Shown here one piece after another: positions 20,103 through 31,165 of a DNA stretch of 57,127 nucleotides (positions within the stretch are counted from its first letter, which is position 1; each line of letters opens with the position of its first letter). Origin of the DNA: Candidatus Cloacimonadota bacterium. Its GTDB lineage: Bacteria > Cloacimonadota > Cloacimonadia > Cloacimonadales > Cloacimonadaceae. The notes beneath the pieces were generated by a model that did not search any database, was not told the origin of the DNA, and saw nothing but the letters and a program-made list of their open reading frames with translations. Where the stretch lies: assembly GCA_021206555.1 (NCBI GenBank), contig JAJOKA010000227.1, forward strand, positions 1 to 57,127. The letters are read 5' to 3'. The translations under genes were made by a program, and so were the position numbers.

Positions 20103-20198
20103 CGACGGACCTCCCTTCATCCTGGCTTATTTTCTATTCTGTAATACTTTAATATAGGATTAGCCCCAAAAAGCAAAAGGTCTATTCCTCTTAAAGCT

Positions 20199-20227
20199 CT
20201 TATATCTGATCCACAAAAATCAGTCAA
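20199..20227 (-). promoter_or_regulatory. Sigma-70-type promoter of the TBDR-ExbBD-TonB operon
   Basis: Minus strand TTGACT (20227..20222), 17 nt spacer, TATAAG (20204..20199). It lies about 95 nt upstream of the start at 20102. Confidence 0.5.
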
Positions 20228-20305
20228 GCAGTTTTTTTTGCGTTAGTCGCGCTTTTACCATGCTGAGCCAAGCTAAGCGTACTGATAAAAACACATTTAT
20301 CGACA

Positions 20306-21341
20306 TCAAACAAACACCACTTTTTTATCCGATTCCGTTTTGACAAGCGCCCCCAATATCCGCGCATCGTGTTTGGAGCATAGGTCTTGCGCTATGGTAT
20401 CATTACATACAACTATCATTCCAATCCCCAGATTGAAACTCTGGCGCATCACTCCGCTTGCACATTTCCCCCATCTCGAATTATTTGAAAGATAGGTGGA
20501 ATATCGTTTTCCGGAAGATGAATTTCGGCTTTAAGACCAATGGGCAATACCCGAGCCAGGTTTCCCGGAATCCCACCACCGGTGATGTGCGCCAAAGCAT
20601 GCACTGAGGATCCGTCAGGTGAGGCCGTAGCTCGGATAAATAGCTGCGATGCACCCTGAGCAGGGCATCACCGATGCTTTCACCCAAGTCCTCCACATAT
20701 GTATCCACGCCAAGCTGCATCTTGTCAAAGAGCACTTTGCGGGCCAGGGAATATCCGTTCGTGTGCAAGCCGGTGGATGGTAAACCCACCAATACATCAC
20801 CTGCAGCAACGGATTGTCTGGGCAGGAGTTCGCTTTCCTCCACCATGCCAATAATGGTTCCGGCCAGATCAAAATCCCGCTCTTGGTAGAGGCCAGGCAT
20901 TTCGGCCATTTCGCCACCGATGAGGGCGCAATTGTTTTCCCGGCAAGCTTTCACAAAGCCATCAATGATTACTTCGATAATCGCCGGATCCAGCTTTCCT
21001 ACTCCAATGTAATCCAGGAAAAACTGGGGAATAGCACCTTGCACCAGGATGTCGTTCACACAGTGATTTACCAGGTCTTGACCTACTGTATCATATTTTC
21101 CGGCTTTGATGGCCACCATGATCTTGGTGCCCACGCCATCCGTGCTGGATACCAGAATCGGTTTCTTCCACGCGCTTTGGTCTATGCGATACAGGCCGCC
21201 AAAGCTGCCCAAATCGCTCAGCACGTTTTTACCATAGGTAGTGCGAACCTTTTCCTTGATTGATTTAACGGCCTGCTCTCCTGCGGCAATATCCACTCCG
21301 GCTTGCTTGTAATCAATGCTATCTACCTGGTCATGCGGCAT
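20306..21341 (-). CDS. purM: Phosphoribosylformylglycinamidine cyclo-ligase (AIR synthetase); about 2 frameshifts near the 3' end
   Basis: N-terminus DYKQAGVDIAAGEQAVKSIK, then SSTDGVGTK and GLHTNGYSLARK. After about 20600 the sequence continues in other frames as VHALAHITGGGIPGNLARVLP.. and ..FNLGIGMIVVC..KVVFV stop. Confidence 0.8.
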
Positions 21342-22215
21342 AATAGTTCCTTATCTTCATCGATTTTTTCTCTTTTAAGATCCAATAAACCCTGCACGCT
21401 GAATTCGCTTACATTATAGGCAGCCATCACCGTGCCATAGCGCACAGCATCTTTGACCAGCTCAAACTCCAGATCGCCTGAGCCCTCCAAATAGCCCATA
21501 AAGGCACCGGCAAAGCTATCTCCAGCTCCTGTGGGATCTTTGACTTGGGCCACCGGTAAGGCCGGAGCAAAAAAGATGTCGCTCTCGGATATGCCACACT
21601 GCCATACTCTCCACGTTTGATGATCATCAATCGCGGCCCCAATCTCAAGATACTTTTCGCAGCTTTGAAGATATCCTGTTCCGAAGTAAAATCCTTGACC
21701 TCGTCTTCGTTCATAAACACGATCTGCACTTTGGAAATCACTTCCCGCAAGGCGTCGGGACATCCCTTGATCCAATAGTTCATGGTATCGCACGCCACAT
21801 GGGTATAGGCTTTGGTTTTGTCCAGCACCTGCAATTGCAGTTCGGGATGGATATTGGCCAAAAGTAAGCTGTGGCAGGAAGCACAGTTCTGAGGTATCTG
21901 AGGCACAAAATCCGCAAACACATTTAGCTCGGTAAGCAGGGTTTCTGCCTTGTTCCAGTTCTTATACTCTCCTTTCCAGCGGAAGGTCTTGCCTTCTTTG
22001 TACTCCAGACCATCCAGATTCACGCTGTGACGGGATAGTACTTCACGGGCAGAGGCTGGGTAATCCTGACCCACCACTCCGATGATATTCACTTGCGTGA
22101 AATACGATCCGGATAGAGATCCGTAAACCGCGGATCCACCAAGAGCATCTTCCACCTTGCCGGCAGGAGTGCTGATGGTATCGAGGCCGACGGAGCCCAC
22201 TATCACCAGGCTCAA
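21323..22215 (-). CDS. PfkB-family sugar/nucleoside kinase (frameshifted)
   Basis: ORFs 21427..22215 and 21323..21793. N-terminal GSVGLD...LGGSAVY and the C-terminal catalytic motif DPTGAGDSFAGAF. Confidence 0.7.
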
Positions 22216-22427
22216 GGATTCTGCTCCGTTTCCGGGATCACAATCGTGGTACTATCAGCTGTCTCGGCCATTGGCACTGAGGTGACGTTCCCGGAGTTTT
22301 GCAGTATTCCCATTATGTATAGCAGGGCTGCCAGCAGGAGAACCATCACGATCAGTTTTGGCCAATTGTGCCCTTTTTTACGGCGATGTTGCCAACGTTC
22401 GTTGATTTTATCGTTGAGATCACTCAC
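22212..22427 (-). CDS. Small single-TM membrane protein, unknown function
   Basis: 71 aa with a basic stretch RRKKGHNWPK followed by the TM segment LIVMVLLLAALLYIMGIL. Overlaps both neighbours by 4 nt, which is operon-style. Confidence 0.5.
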   Translation of the reverse strand: MSDLNDKINERWQHRRKKGHNWPKLIVMVLLLAALLYIMGILQNSGNVTSVPMAETADSTTIVIPETEQNP

Positions 22428-23626
22428 CGGCTAATCTCCTTTAAGAAAGCCTCAAAGCGGTTCACGCCCTCATTTATCTTTTCCAGACTGTTAGCATAGG
22501 AAAAGCGAACCGTGCCTTTGAGTCCAAAAGCACTGCCGGCGACCACGGCCACATGGTGTTTATCCAATAGCATCTCGCAAAACTGATCCGAACTCTTGAT
22601 TCCGGCATTGTTGTTTTCGATATACCACTGGATGTTGGGCATGATGTAAAACGCTCCCTGCGGTTTGAAACAGCTCAGGTGTGGAATCTTTTGCAGTCTG
22701 TCATACAGATAGTCGCGTCGTTGCCAAAACTCTTTGCGCATATTCTCGATGGAATCATCTTCATCATTGAGCGCGCTTACGCAGGCTTTTTGCGTGATGG
22801 AATTCACGCACGAAGTGGTGTGTTCCTGCACTCTACCAGCGGCCTGGATGATATGTGTGGGTCCTGCGGCATAGCCCAAACGCCAGCCTGTCATGGCATA
22901 AGCTTTGGATACGCCATTGATGACCACCGTGCGTTCCTTCATTTCTTCGCTTACGGAAGCGATGGACACATGCTTGACGTCATCATAGATCAGGCGTTCG
23001 TAGATTTCATCCGAAATCACCAGGATATCATGCTTCACGCACACTTCGGCTATAGCGCTCAGTTCCTCACGGGTATAGACGGTTCCGGTGGGATTACTGG
23101 GTGAATTCAGGATCAATACTTTGGCACAGGGGCTTTCCAGGATTGCCTCTTCCAGATCTGCGGCTTGAAGCTTGTAGCTGTCGGCTTCCCTTGTTTCAAT
23201 GTACACCGGCACGGAATCTGCCAGTAAGACCTGATAGGGATAGCTTACCCAATAGGGACTGGGGATCAATACCTGGTCATCCGTATCACACACAGCGGTC
23301 AGTACATTAAGGATGGAAGCCTTGGCCCCGGGAGATACCAGGATATCTTTCGGTGTATATTCCAGACCGTTATCCCGCAGCAGTTTGGCACAGATTGCTT
23401 TGCGCAATTCCAGGATCCCGGCATTGGCGGTATAGCGGGTAAAATTGGCAGACAATGCCTTTTGCGCGGAAGCTTTGATGTACTCCGGAGTATTGAAATC
23501 CGGCTCTCCCAAGCTGAAGCTTATGACATCGATCCCCGCTTCTTTCATCTGTCCGGCTTTGGCCGACAGACTCAAGGTAGGCGAGGGTTTGATCAATTTG
23601 GAACGATTGGATAGCTTGATGGCCAT
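22424..23626 (-). CDS. PLP-dependent aspartate/aromatic aminotransferase (class I)
   Basis: 400 aa with LSLGEPDFNTP, SPSNPTG and the PLP-lysine motif GVSKAYAMTGWRLGY. Confidence 0.8.
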   Translation of the reverse strand: MAIKLSNRSKLIKPSPTLSLSAKAGQMKEAGIDVISFSLGEPDFNTPEYIKASAQKALSANFTRYTANAGILELRKAICAKLLRDNGLEYTPKDILVSPGAKASILNVLTAVCDTDDQVLIPSPYWVSYPYQVLLADSVPVYIETREADSYKLQAADLEEAILESPCAKVLILNSPSNPTGTVYTREELSAIAEVCVKHDILVISDEIYERLIYDDVKHVSIASVSEEMKERTVVINGVSKAYAMTGWRLGYAAGPTHIIQAAGRVQEHTTSCVNSITQKACVSALNDEDDSIENMRKEFWQRRDYLYDRLQKIPHLSCFKPQGAFYIMPNIQWYIENNNAGIKSSDQFCEMLLDKHHVAVVAGSAFGLKGTVRFSYANSLEKINEGVNRFEAFLKEISR

Positions 23627-23645
23627 CTTATCCCCCTATATGTTT

Positions 23646-24632
23646 TTATTTTCTAGACATCAGTAACACGAGGATGGCGGTATTGAAGATATCAAGTGTG
23701 GAGCATCCGCGTGAAAGATCGCAGATCGGAGCAGCCAGGCCCTGGATAATGGGACCAATGGCCTCATATCCGGCCAGTCTTTGCACCAATTTATAGCCGA
23801 TGTTTCCCGCCTGAAGATCGGGAAAGACCAAGGTATTGGCGCGACCGGCCACAGCGCTGTGCGGTGCTTTGCTTTTGGCAATTTTATCCACGATCGCGGC
23901 GTCCAGTTGCATTTCACCATCATAGGCAAAATCCACCTTGCGCGAATCCAGAATGCGCTTTGCCGAGCGTACTTTTTCCACCAACTCATGTTCCGCGCTG
24001 CCCATCGTGGAAAATGACAATAGGGCAACATAGGGCTCATCTCCGAGGATGGCTCTGCGCGTGATGGCGGTGGAACTGGCAATATCGGCCAATTGCTCGT
24101 CGGTAGGATTGGGCACCACGGCACAATCCGCAAACAGATATGTAGTTTCGTTTTCCCGTGGGGATACCATGATAAAGGTAGAGGAAACTGTTTTTAGCCC
24201 GGGCATCACACCCACCACCTGCAAGGCAGCTCTCAAGACATCGGCAGTGGTATTGGCAGCTCCGGCAACCATACCGCCGGCAAGGCCTTCGCGCACCATC
24301 ATGGCGCCAAAATAGAGTACATTTTGCATGGTGGCCAATGCCTGTTCTTTGCTCACACCCTTTTCTTTGCGCTTCTCATAGAAGATATCGGCAAAGCCGG
24401 GAGTGTATTCGCTTGTCATGGGATCTTCGATCTGACACATAGTGACGTCTATACCGTTGGCTGTAGCATCACTTAATATAGTTTCACGATTACCAAGAAG
24501 GATTACTTTGGCCAGTTGCTCTGTGCAAATCATGGATGCCGCCTTCAGAGTGCGGACATCAAAGGCTTCGGGAAGGACGATGGTGCCACCGATCAGGGTA
24601 GCTCTTTGTTTCAAAGTTTGCAGGATATGCAT
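23646..24632 (-). CDS. pta: Phosphate acetyltransferase (short form); phosphate butyryltransferase not excluded
   Basis: 328 aa with TIVLPEAFDVRTLKAA, DCAVVPNPTDEQLADIA and the C-terminal GLAAPICDLSRGCS. Confidence 0.75.
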   Translation of the reverse strand: MHILQTLKQRATLIGGTIVLPEAFDVRTLKAASMICTEQLAKVILLGNRETILSDATANGIDVTMCQIEDPMTSEYTPGFADIFYEKRKEKGVSKEQALATMQNVLYFGAMMVREGLAGGMVAGAANTTADVLRAALQVVGVMPGLKTVSSTFIMVSPRENETTYLFADCAVVPNPTDEQLADIASSTAITRRAILGDEPYVALLSFSTMGSAEHELVEKVRSAKRILDSRKVDFAYDGEMQLDAAIVDKIAKSKAPHSAVAGRANTLVFPDLQAGNIGYKLVQRLAGYEAIGPIIQGLAAPICDLSRGCSTLDIFNTAILVLLMSRK

Positions 24633-26743
24633 TTATTCTCCAATTTGCTCATTATCTACTACGATGAGGCTGAGATCTGCACGCAGCAAAAACTCAGCTT
24701 TGATCTTGGCCAATAGCGCGTAGCGGTTCGCTCTGAGAACCGCATCCTCGCAATTCACCAATACATCGTCAAAGAATGTATCGATCAATTTTCCATAGCG
24801 CACCAGATGCGCCAAAGCGCTTGCATAGTCCAGTTCTGTTAAAGCTCTGGAGATATCGCCACTCAATCCCAATAGTCCATTGTAAAGCTCGGTCTCTGCT
24901 CCTGCTTCCAATAAGGACGGATTCAGGTTCTCAAACAGAGAGTTGTCGGCAATGATATTGGCCACGCGTTTAAACCCAATCACCAGCCTGATAAATGATT
25001 CTTCTTTCTTCAAAGCGTCCAGGGCCCGAGCCCGGGCAATGAGATCGTCCAAAGAGCTATATGTGGTATGCATCACAGCTGCCACCACGTCGTAGGCGAT
25101 TCCCAGCTCTTTCATCAGCCAGACCACGCGTTGTTCAAAAAAACTTTTTGATCTTGTCTTCGGCTTCGGGTGCGAGCTGCACTTGCTCCCGCAAAACGGA
25201 TAGCGCGAAGCCGATCAAAGCCTCCGGATGGATGTTCCATTTGCGATGAGCCAGAATCTGAACCACTCCTCCGGCTGCTCTACGCAAGGCAAAAGGATCC
25301 GCAGAACCGGTGGGCAGCATTCCGATGCCGATGATGCCGCACACGGTATCCAGCTTATCGGCCACAGCACAGATCGCTCCACTGAGGCTTTGCGGTAAGT
25401 CATCATTGCTTCCACGCGGCATATAATGTTCATAGATGCCATCAGCCACTTCATGATCCTCGCCTGAAGCCAGAGCATACTGTTTACCCATATAGCCTTG
25501 CAGCTTGGTAAACTCCTTCTCACCCAGCATCAAAGTAACAAGATCCGCCTTGCACAACAGAGCTGTCCTCTCTGCTCTGTCCCTTGCGTCCGGGCTTAAA
25601 GCCAAGCTTTCACAAATGTGCGCGCAGAGCTTTTGCAGCCTGGCGGTCTTGGCTGCCAGAGTGCCCAATTGAGATTGGAACACCACGTCCTCAAGCTGTG
25701 ACACATAGCTTTCCAGGGGACGCTTGCAGTCTTCAGAATAGAACCACATCGCGTCTTCCAGACGTGCCCGCACCACTTTTTCGTTTCCACTACGGATGAG
25801 CTCTGAATATGCCGGATCGCCATTACTGATAAAGACGAACTTATTGGCCAGATTGCCGGCTGCGTCGTACACGGAAAAGTACTTTTGATTCTGGCTAATC
25901 GTGGAAGTGATAATTTTCTCCGGCAAGACCAGGAACTTATGCTCAAACTCTCCCACAACAGCGGTGGGGAATTCGATCAGGTTGCACACGGTATCCAGCA
26001 GCCTTTCATCTTCACCCACGCGGTAGGGCTGAGTATTGAAGATCTCGTCCAATTGCTTGGCGATCATGGCCTTGCGGCTTTCCCTCGCCGGCATTACCGC
26101 TGCATCCCGCAAGGTAGCTTCGTATGCGCTTGCATCCTTGATGATTAGCGCGGTATCCCGGCCCAGATAGCGGTTGCCGAAGCTTAATCGATCTGCTTTG
26201 ATCCCATAGAAATCCAGCTCGATCACGCTCTTGTCCCAGAGGGCTACAATCCATCTGATCGGTCTGGAGAAGCTCAGATTGGGATGTTGCCAGATCATCT
26301 TTTTGGGCATAGGGATTTGCGTGATGGCAGCAGGCATCCAGTCCCGCAGAAGCTCCATCGTCTCCTTGCCCTTTTGCACAAAGCGCGCGGCCAGAAAGTC
26401 CCCTTTCGGGCTATGCTCGATGAAGCTGTCTTCCTCACCGGCTCCCAGTTTCTTCAAAAAACCTTTTCCGGCTGGGCTCAATTCACCCTCAGCAGTATAG
26501 GCGATGCTCACGGCAGGCCCTGTTTTCAGGATTTCTGCGTCCTCCTGCTTATGGGGTAAGCCATGCAGCAATATCGCCAATCTCCGTGGCGTGCAGAAAG
26601 TATTCAGGCTTGCAAAGGGGAGGGCATTGGCCTCCAGCATCTTGATGAGCGATGTTTCCAGACTGCCGATGGCCGGCACTATCACATTGTCAGGTAGTTC
26701 TTCAGTTCCGAGTTCAAATAAAAATGAATGCAAGCGAATATAT
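24633..26743 (-). CDS. glyS: Glycine--tRNA ligase beta subunit (one frameshift)
   Basis: ORFs 25135..26808 and 24633..25127. They join as ..EDKIKKFFEQRVVWLMKELG.. if the A7 run 25137..25143 is read as A6. The FLFELGTEELP N-terminus suggests a TTG start at 26743 rather than the ATG at 26808 (uncertain). Confidence 0.8.
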
Positions 26744-26758
26744 CCTTCAGTTACTTGT

Positions 26759-27712
26759 TTAATAGTTGTATCGTAAGGTAAGCTGGTTGCTGATCCCCAA
26801 GTCTCCATAGGAAGCTACAGCGTAGTCCAGATCAAAATCTTTCACGTTCCAGCCCAGCCCCAGGGAAAGTCCACTGGTATAGGCCAGGATTCCACCCATG
26901 TAGTAATCTCCGGCATTGCTTTTGAAGCCACCACGAATGGCCAGCGCCGGATTCAGCTGATGCTCCACTCCCAATCGGGCAACGAAGTTTTCACCATTGG
27001 CTTTGCTGAGGTCAATTGCCCCCAATAGCTGATCATTTAACTGCATGGAGATTCCCGCAGTGTAGGTGGAAGGAAGCTTTTCAGAATGCTTGGCACTGCT
27101 GTAATAAGAGGATTGAAAGCCGATGTTGCGCGCGCTGAGCCCCACCTTGATCTTCTCATTCACCGTATGATGCAGGATCCCCAGATCAAGCATCACCGCT
27201 GAAGCGGAAGCGTCATCAATGGTATCGTAGATGAACTTCAGGCTGGCCCCCAAATCCAAAGCCGGACTGATAAAGCGAGCGGTGGATACCGAGGCCATCA
27301 GACTGTGAGCGCCAAAGCTCTCACCGGTTTCGATGAGTTCTCCGGTGGAGCTGATTTCCGTGCGATCAATGCTGCCACTATTCCAGTATCTAAGCCCTGC
27401 GCCCCAGGCCACAAAACGGTTTTTGGGTAACACATAGCTGATGCTTCCCCCTCCACTCCCGACCAAATGATCCATGAATGTAGTAGCAACAGAGCGGTTT
27501 GGTGCTTCCAGAATGGCAGCTGGGTTAAAATCCAAAGCGTCAGCATTTTTGGGGATACCGTTCACTGCTCCGGCCATCGCCGTGGTCCTGGCATTATAAT
27601 AGAGCTTGAGCGTGTCAAAGCCGGTGGTTCCGGCATGTTCATTCTGGGCAGCCAAAGGCAAGAGGCTAATCAGCCAGAGACTTGCCAATAATATCTTCAA
27701 TATCTTGCACAT
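26759..27712 (-). CDS. PorQ/PorV-family outer-membrane beta-barrel
   Basis: 317 aa. Signal peptide then FDTLKLYYNARTTAMAGAVNGIPKNADALDFNPAAIL, the family signature. Alternating beta-strand pattern ending ..QLTLRYNY. Confidence 0.6.
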   Translation of the reverse strand: MCKILKILLASLWLISLLPLAAQNEHAGTTGFDTLKLYYNARTTAMAGAVNGIPKNADALDFNPAAILEAPNRSVATTFMDHLVGSGGGSISYVLPKNRFVAWGAGLRYWNSGSIDRTEISSTGELIETGESFGAHSLMASVSTARFISPALDLGASLKFIYDTIDDASASAVMLDLGILHHTVNEKIKVGLSARNIGFQSSYYSSAKHSEKLPSTYTAGISMQLNDQLLGAIDLSKANGENFVARLGVEHQLNPALAIRGGFKSNAGDYYMGGILAYTSGLSLGLGWNVKDFDLDYAVASYGDLGISNQLTLRYNY

Positions 27713-28139
27713 AGGTATATAGCTCCTTATCTGTGCTTGCCCTCAATAGCAAATCCCGGTTTTTGTCCTCACGCAGATGTTGGGAAAGGCTGCGCAGAAT
27801 TTGCATATATTGATGGTTTGAGTTTTGGGGAACGGCGATGAGAAACACCAGATTCACCGGTTGACCATCTACAGAATTAAAGTCCATTGGGGTGGCCAGT
27901 TTGCACACAGCGATCCTCAAACAGCTCACAGTGAGGTCTCTGGCATGCGGAATGGCGATTCCGCGCCCAATTCCGGTGCTCATAATTTCTTCACGCCCTT
28001 TCACGGCCGCCAAATAGCGATCCGGAAAACTGAGGCATCCACTAGCCGAGAGCAGATCCGTCATGAAGTCCAGGCATTTGCCTTTGGATTCAAAACTTTC
28101 TACGATTTTGACCAGTTCCGGTTTGAAAAGTCTATTCAT
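27666..28139 (-). CDS. ptsN: PTS EIIA type-2 domain protein (nitrogen-regulatory PtsN-like)
   Basis: 157 aa with the phosphorylation-site motif GIGRGIAIPHAR. Confidence 0.7.
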   Translation of the reverse strand: MNRLFKPELVKIVESFESKGKCLDFMTDLLSASGCLSFPDRYLAAVKGREEIMSTGIGRGIAIPHARDLTVSCLRIAVCKLATPMDFNSVDGQPVNLVFLIAVPQNSNHQYMQILRSLSQHLREDKNRDLLLRASTDKELYTYVQDIEDIIGKSLAD

Positions 28140-28192
28140 TCTCTACCCAGTTCTTGTTGTTTGTAGCATTGTTTTTTTACCCCCTCTTAGCG

Positions 28193-29372
28193 TCAATCAA
28201 TTTTTCCCAACAGACGCAGGCTAAATGTGCTGCCGTGGTTTAGTTTACTCTCTACACTGATTTCGGCTGAGATCAGCTCGGCAAAACTCTTCACCAGGAT
28301 CAAGCCCAGGCCGCTTCCTGATTCATTCGCGGTGCCATACTGACGCAGTTCGTTGTCGATCCGAAAGATCTTTTGCAGATGTCTGCGTGAAATTCCGATA
28401 CCATAGTCCGTGACGGATATCTGGGGGGTCCCATTGTTGCTGCTGAGGCTTATCCTCACACTGCTTTTGGGGTAGGAATACTTCAGGGCGTTGGACAGAA
28501 GATTGCGCAGGATGGAAGAAAGCAGCCTCAGATCGCTTTCCACCATAAAGTCATGCTCTTGATCAAATTCGATGTTGATCCCCTTTTGCGCGGCAGCTTT
28601 GGCATAATGATCAATGGCATAAGAAACAGCTTTGGAGAGCGAAACAAACTCCTTTTGACACACCACCTGCCCGCTCTGCAACCTCGCCCAATCCAAAAGG
28701 TTTTCCAAAAGAGTGTAGATGCCTCTGGCTGCCGAATTTACCTGCAGCATGGCATCCTCGATCTCACGTTTGTCAAAGCTGCCAAAGTTCTCAGCGATGA
28801 ATTCTGACAGTGAGATGATGGCATAAACGGGATTCTGCAGGTCATGAGCCAATAGCGAGAAGAAGCGATCCTTGGTGGCATTCAGCTCGATCATATCCTG
28901 CGCAGCTTTTTTTGAGATCATCCTCAGCTTTGCGGCGAGCGGATACATCGATGATGAAGCCATCCAGATATACCGGAGTATTGTGTTTATCATAGACGGC
29001 ATTGCCTTTTTCCCACACCCATTTGATCGTGCCGGATTTGGCGCGGATGCGATATTCCATCTGAAACTGGGTTCGATTCTCCACTGCTGTATCAATGGCC
29101 CGGCGCACAAAGTCGCGATCTTCCTCCACGATGATATCATCGTAACACAGAAGATGATTCCCCACCAGATCAGAGGCAGCATAGCCGGTAAGCTCCAGGG
29201 AGCCTTCAGATAGAAACACCATTGACCACTGGGCGTCATTCTTACAGCGGTAAGCCATGCCCGGCAAGTTGTGCATCAGATTCGGTATTAATGCGCCGGA
29301 GATGCCTTGAACCTCGCTCGAAAGATGCTTTAGCTCGCTTTCTGGGTTTGTTGCGTCTTGCGTTTTTTCCAT
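28193..29372 (-). CDS. PAS-domain sensor histidine kinase (one frameshift)
   Basis: ORFs 28842..29372 (PAS: GMAYRCKNDAQWSMVFLSEG..YRIRAKSGTIKWVWEKG) and 28193..29239 (H-box FSLLAHDLQNPV; HATPase NLLSNALKYS, DYGIGI, GSGLGL). They join as ..DDLKKAAQDMIEL.. if the T7 run 28907..28913 is read as T6. Confidence 0.8.
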
Positions 29373-29565
29373 ATTTTGCTATTGTCCGAAGATCGCAAAA
29401 GATGTCAAGGATGAAATTGTTCATCGGCAACTGATCTTTTCTTTTCCCTGCATTACAGGGACTTTTGGCAGTGATTTGGACGGGTTGACTTGTAAACGAA
29501 GCTTGAGATATTATTGATGCGATCATCGTTTGAGAGCATCCGCAGATTGAACTCATGTTTACTCA

Positions 29566-29650
29566 CCTCGGTTTTTGCTCAGCTTTACCTCATGCTTCCC
29601 TCTTGATATGGGGAGATCATGAGGTAAAACCGAGCTGGATCCGAGCAAAA
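29566..29650. repeat. Compound hairpin, member of hairpin family H
   Basis: TTTACCTCATG (29584..29594) pairs with CATGAGGTAAA (29618..29628). Outer arms CTCGGT/ACCGAG and TTTTGCTC/GAGCAAAA. The right arm GGGGAGATCATGAGGTAAAAC resembles 8265..8285. Confidence 0.6.
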
Positions 29651-29677
29651 TATCCGGGCTCAAAGGGGACAAAAGGC

Positions 29678-30919
29678 TTATCTCAGAATGAGGATCTTTC
29701 CTGTGCTGGTGCCGGTTGTGCCGGAGAATCTGTAGAAGTAAGTGCCGCTGGCCAGATCCGGCTCAAGACTGCTTTCTGCATGGGCATTCAGGCGTTTGGA
29801 GGCCACCATTTGTCCCTTCAGGTTATACAGCTTGAAGTCGCCTGAATCCGAGCTCATAGACTTTATTTGCAGCGCGTTACCCGCCCTTAGCGGTGAGGGA
29901 TAGACCTGAATCAGCGCAGGGAGTTCCGGAGCGATGTAGTCCACTGTGGAGCTGGCGCTTGCTTGCAACTTAATATCGGTGGGCATCATCCCCACTGTGA
30001 AGCTGCGCCAGTTACTAAGGTCCGGATGCAGTACTCGCACAATGGCATTGTCCCCCCAGTTTGGATCGAGCAATGCTATAAAATTGCTACTTCCTACAAG
30101 ATCAGACGCGGCAAAAGGCAGGGGGTTATCTCCGGAATTGAGTACAGTGAAGTCATTGGCATCATAGCTGTACAGGCTGTATCCGCTGCCATCTGCAACA
30201 TAAGCCCTGCCTGCGGCATTGATCCAGATGTTTCCCGGGCTTCCGCCTAAAGCGATGCTTTCCACCACCACATCAGTAGAGGGATCAACGATACTGATCA
30301 CACCGAATACATCAGTCCAGTTGCCTGTGCTGGAGACATGTAACAACCCATCGCGAAGAGTGATGAATTGCGGATTTGCTGGCATGGGGATCGTTTGCAG
30401 CACACTGAAACTCGCTAGATCGATCACCGATAGTGAGCTGCCAGCATAGTTATTGACATAGTTCCCCGCGTTGCAAACATACAATTTACCATTGCAGACT
30501 ATCATGTCCTCTGGGGCTGCGCCCACGAGCACAGACCCAAGCAACTGTCCATTCGCGGCAGCCATCTTATATACTCTGGAACTCATCAAGCCGCTGACAT
30601 AGATATACTCTTCATGCAAGATCGCGTCCCAGGGATTGCTGCCAATGGCCACAAAGTGATTGGCCACCGTGCTGCCACTGCTCTTTGAGATCTTCTGCAA
30701 GGAGTTGTCCCCGGAATTTACGGAATACAGATAGTCTTCAGTGACCAGCAGGCGGTTGGGCACATTACCCAATTGAGCAAAACTGTTGTTCACCTGATCC
30801 GTCGCCAGATCAATGCGACTGAGTGTGCGGGATTGGGAGTTTACCACATAAATGATCTGCGCGCCCAGGAAGATCGGGCTTAAGAGCAATATCAACAGGA
30901 TACTAAGTGTTTGTTTCAT
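29678..30919 (-). CDS. YVTN/YncE-like beta-propeller surface protein with a T9SS C-terminal sorting domain, under a cobalamin riboswitch
   Basis: The ATG at 30919 follows GAGGTGA. Signal peptide MKQTLSILLILLLSPIFLGAQ. Repeated blades (IIYVVNSQSRTLSRIDL, YLYSVNSGDNSLQKI, KLYVCNAGNY..LSVIDL, RAYVADGSGYSLYSY). C-terminus VYPSPLRAGNALQI..FKLYNLKGQMV..SGTYFYRF. Confidence 0.7.
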   Translation of the reverse strand: MKQTLSILLILLLSPIFLGAQIIYVVNSQSRTLSRIDLATDQVNNSFAQLGNVPNRLLVTEDYLYSVNSGDNSLQKISKSSGSTVANHFVAIGSNPWDAILHEEYIYVSGLMSSRVYKMAAANGQLLGSVLVGAAPEDMIVCNGKLYVCNAGNYVNNYAGSSLSVIDLASFSVLQTIPMPANPQFITLRDGLLHVSSTGNWTDVFGVISIVDPSTDVVVESIALGGSPGNIWINAAGRAYVADGSGYSLYSYDANDFTVLNSGDNPLPFAASDLVGSSNFIALLDPNWGDNAIVRVLHPDLSNWRSFTVGMMPTDIKLQASASSTVDYIAPELPALIQVYPSPLRAGNALQIKSMSSDSGDFKLYNLKGQMVASKRLNAHAESSLEPDLASGTYFYRFSGTTGTSTGKILILR

Positions 30920-30949
30920 GGTGTTCACCTCTAATAATTATTGTGACTC

Positions 30950-31165
30950 GAGATGAACTGCTTATCTTTTTGCGTCTCCTTCGCTCCGTGGATACGCCTA
31001 AAAATACTTGTTGGCAGGTTTCCTGGCTCGCAGCGGTTTGCCTTTTCGGCTTATGCGGTGCCTTCCCATCTCTATCAGAGACAGTGACACCGCAAACCTT
31101 TGTGCTGCATACAGTGGCGGAGGCCGCTTCATTTGATGAATTCCTATTACCTGTGTAAGCACCAT
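30950..31165 (-). promoter_or_regulatory. Cobalamin (B12) riboswitch, copy 1
   Basis: The minus-strand RNA reads ..GGTGC..AGGTAATAGGAA..AATGAAGCGGCCTCCGCCACTGTA..CACTG..TGGGAAGGC..GAGCCAGGAAACCTGCC. The B12 box is at 31013..31028. It is followed by an expression platform and the RBS GAGGTGA. Confidence 0.88.

Noticed and set aside
30907-31158. Near-identical small 'proteins' from ORFs 30907..31158(+), 39144..39470(+) and 39176..39592(-)
   Set aside because: Their similarity comes from the duplicated cobalamin riboswitch leader. The sequence matches the riboswitch consensus on the minus strand, not a coding pattern.
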